From the human T2T-CHM13v2.0 reference genome, Homo sapiens: a DNA stretch of 64,000 nucleotides. Positions 62,826-64,000 of this stretch are shown piece by piece (position 1 is the first letter of the stretch; each line of letters starts with the position of its first letter). A program made the translations under genes and the position numbers. A model generated the notes under the pieces. The model was not told the DNA's origin and did not search any database. It saw nothing but the letters and a program-made list of their open reading frames with translations. The stretch is taken from NCBI RefSeq assembly GCF_009914755.1, contig NC_060926.1, one strand, 5' to 3'.

Positions 62826-64000
62826 CTTTAAGTATATAAACATTATCACCCATTCTTCTAGACACAGTTGGAACAGAATTAAACTATTTTTCAGTAAATC
62901 TTCAGTAACGACTGGGGCCTAGAAATAATTTAGAAAATGAGTACAATGCATGGGTTTGAATATTTAACTATGCGTGGTATCCAGATATGCCCTGATCTCA
63001 AACCTCGGGCCTTTGAGCATGCTCTCCTATCTGTAATGTTCTACTCTCATCATACTAATTTTTGCTCATCATTGAAGTCTCAGCTCTAAGACCTGTTTTT
63101 CAACAAGCCAGCCCTAAAATCACCCAAGAGTGATTGTCTGTCATGTAGCTGTCTTATGAACTCTAATTTATATCTAGGCTTATGGATTTTACAGCTCCAA
63201 ATTGTCCATTATTTTAATTGCCATATTTAATTGCCAGTTTACTTGTCCATCTTTCCCACTAGATTGTAAACTCTTAGATGCAGGGACTGTGTCTTACTCA
63301 TCTCATTCTTTGCACTTAAAATTAGACAATTGAAAAATGTTTGTTAAGTCAATAATCAATGTTTAACTGTGTGCCTATTAGATTTACCTGAGTTACCTCA
63401 TTCTTAGATTATGTTAGTGTGAATAAAATATTACATCAATAGATTGGAGCAGGTAATTTCCTTAACACTGCAACACATAGTGGAATATCTGTGTTTGATT
63501 CCACTTTAAAAATTTTCTCAAACCCCATCACCATAGGCTAATGGTCTTTGTCATCATCAATGAATAGATGGTGGAAGGGCTGCTCGAGATTCGTAAATGT
63601 TGAAAGGACGTTGCTCTTCACTGAGGGGCATGTTGTCAGTTTCCCTCTTTGGGCAGCTCCAGTATTTCTACTAGTAAGTGGTACAGATGGAGGGAGAAAT
63701 CTACGTGACAGGCTGCCTAGGCTGTGCCAATGTCAGGTCCCTTTAGGGTGCAGGAGGGGAGAGTTGCCTTTTTATCATGCATGGTTTTTTCCATGTAATT
63801 CGTCTGACTTGTGAAAAAAAGGTGAGGCAACAATGACATGCAAATACATGAGTTATTACCAACACCAACTTGAACAGTGTGATGGAGCGTGCATCAGATC
63901 TGTGGTACCCTACGAGATTTTAATTTTCTCCTTTTGATGCAATTCTTACCTGAAATATAAACTCTTTTCAAATCTCTCCCAGACCTTTCTTTAAGGGGGA

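Noticed and set aside
63548-63814. 88-aa ORF in non-repeat sequence with a TA|GTAAGT donor-like site
   Set aside because: Non-ATG start, no recognisable homology and no convincing acceptor.

Overview
Hominoid (very probably human) genomic DNA, highly repeat-dense and almost entirely non-coding. The only real coding sequence is the first coding exon of muscle-type acylphosphatase ACYP2 (+ strand, ATG 47906, donor after 47963) inside a CpG-island promoter; the next exon was not found in the window. The rest comprises about 50 Alu/FLAM copies, L1/L2/MIR fragments, several solo LTRs (LTR10, LTR27/28-like, MLT2, LTR16, MLT1), DNA-transposon fossils (Zaphod-like hAT, Tigger3, MER6, MER2, a MADE1 half, and a complete Ricksha/MULE with a 9-bp TSD and readable DDE relics), a full-length antisense SVA with TSD, and an RPS26 processed pseudogene whose 3' end is duplicated 4.15 kb away. 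I found no convincing new multi-gene system. The best lead is an upstream in-frame AUG (47822) that would add a 28-aa mitochondrial-presequence-like extension to ACYP2. Other leads are an RFX-anchored candidate enhancer, candidate poison exons in intron 1 and an AP-1-bearing LTR10 next to the promoter. Repeat family names are from recall of consensus sequences, not from a RepeatMasker run, and boundaries without a TSD are approximate.
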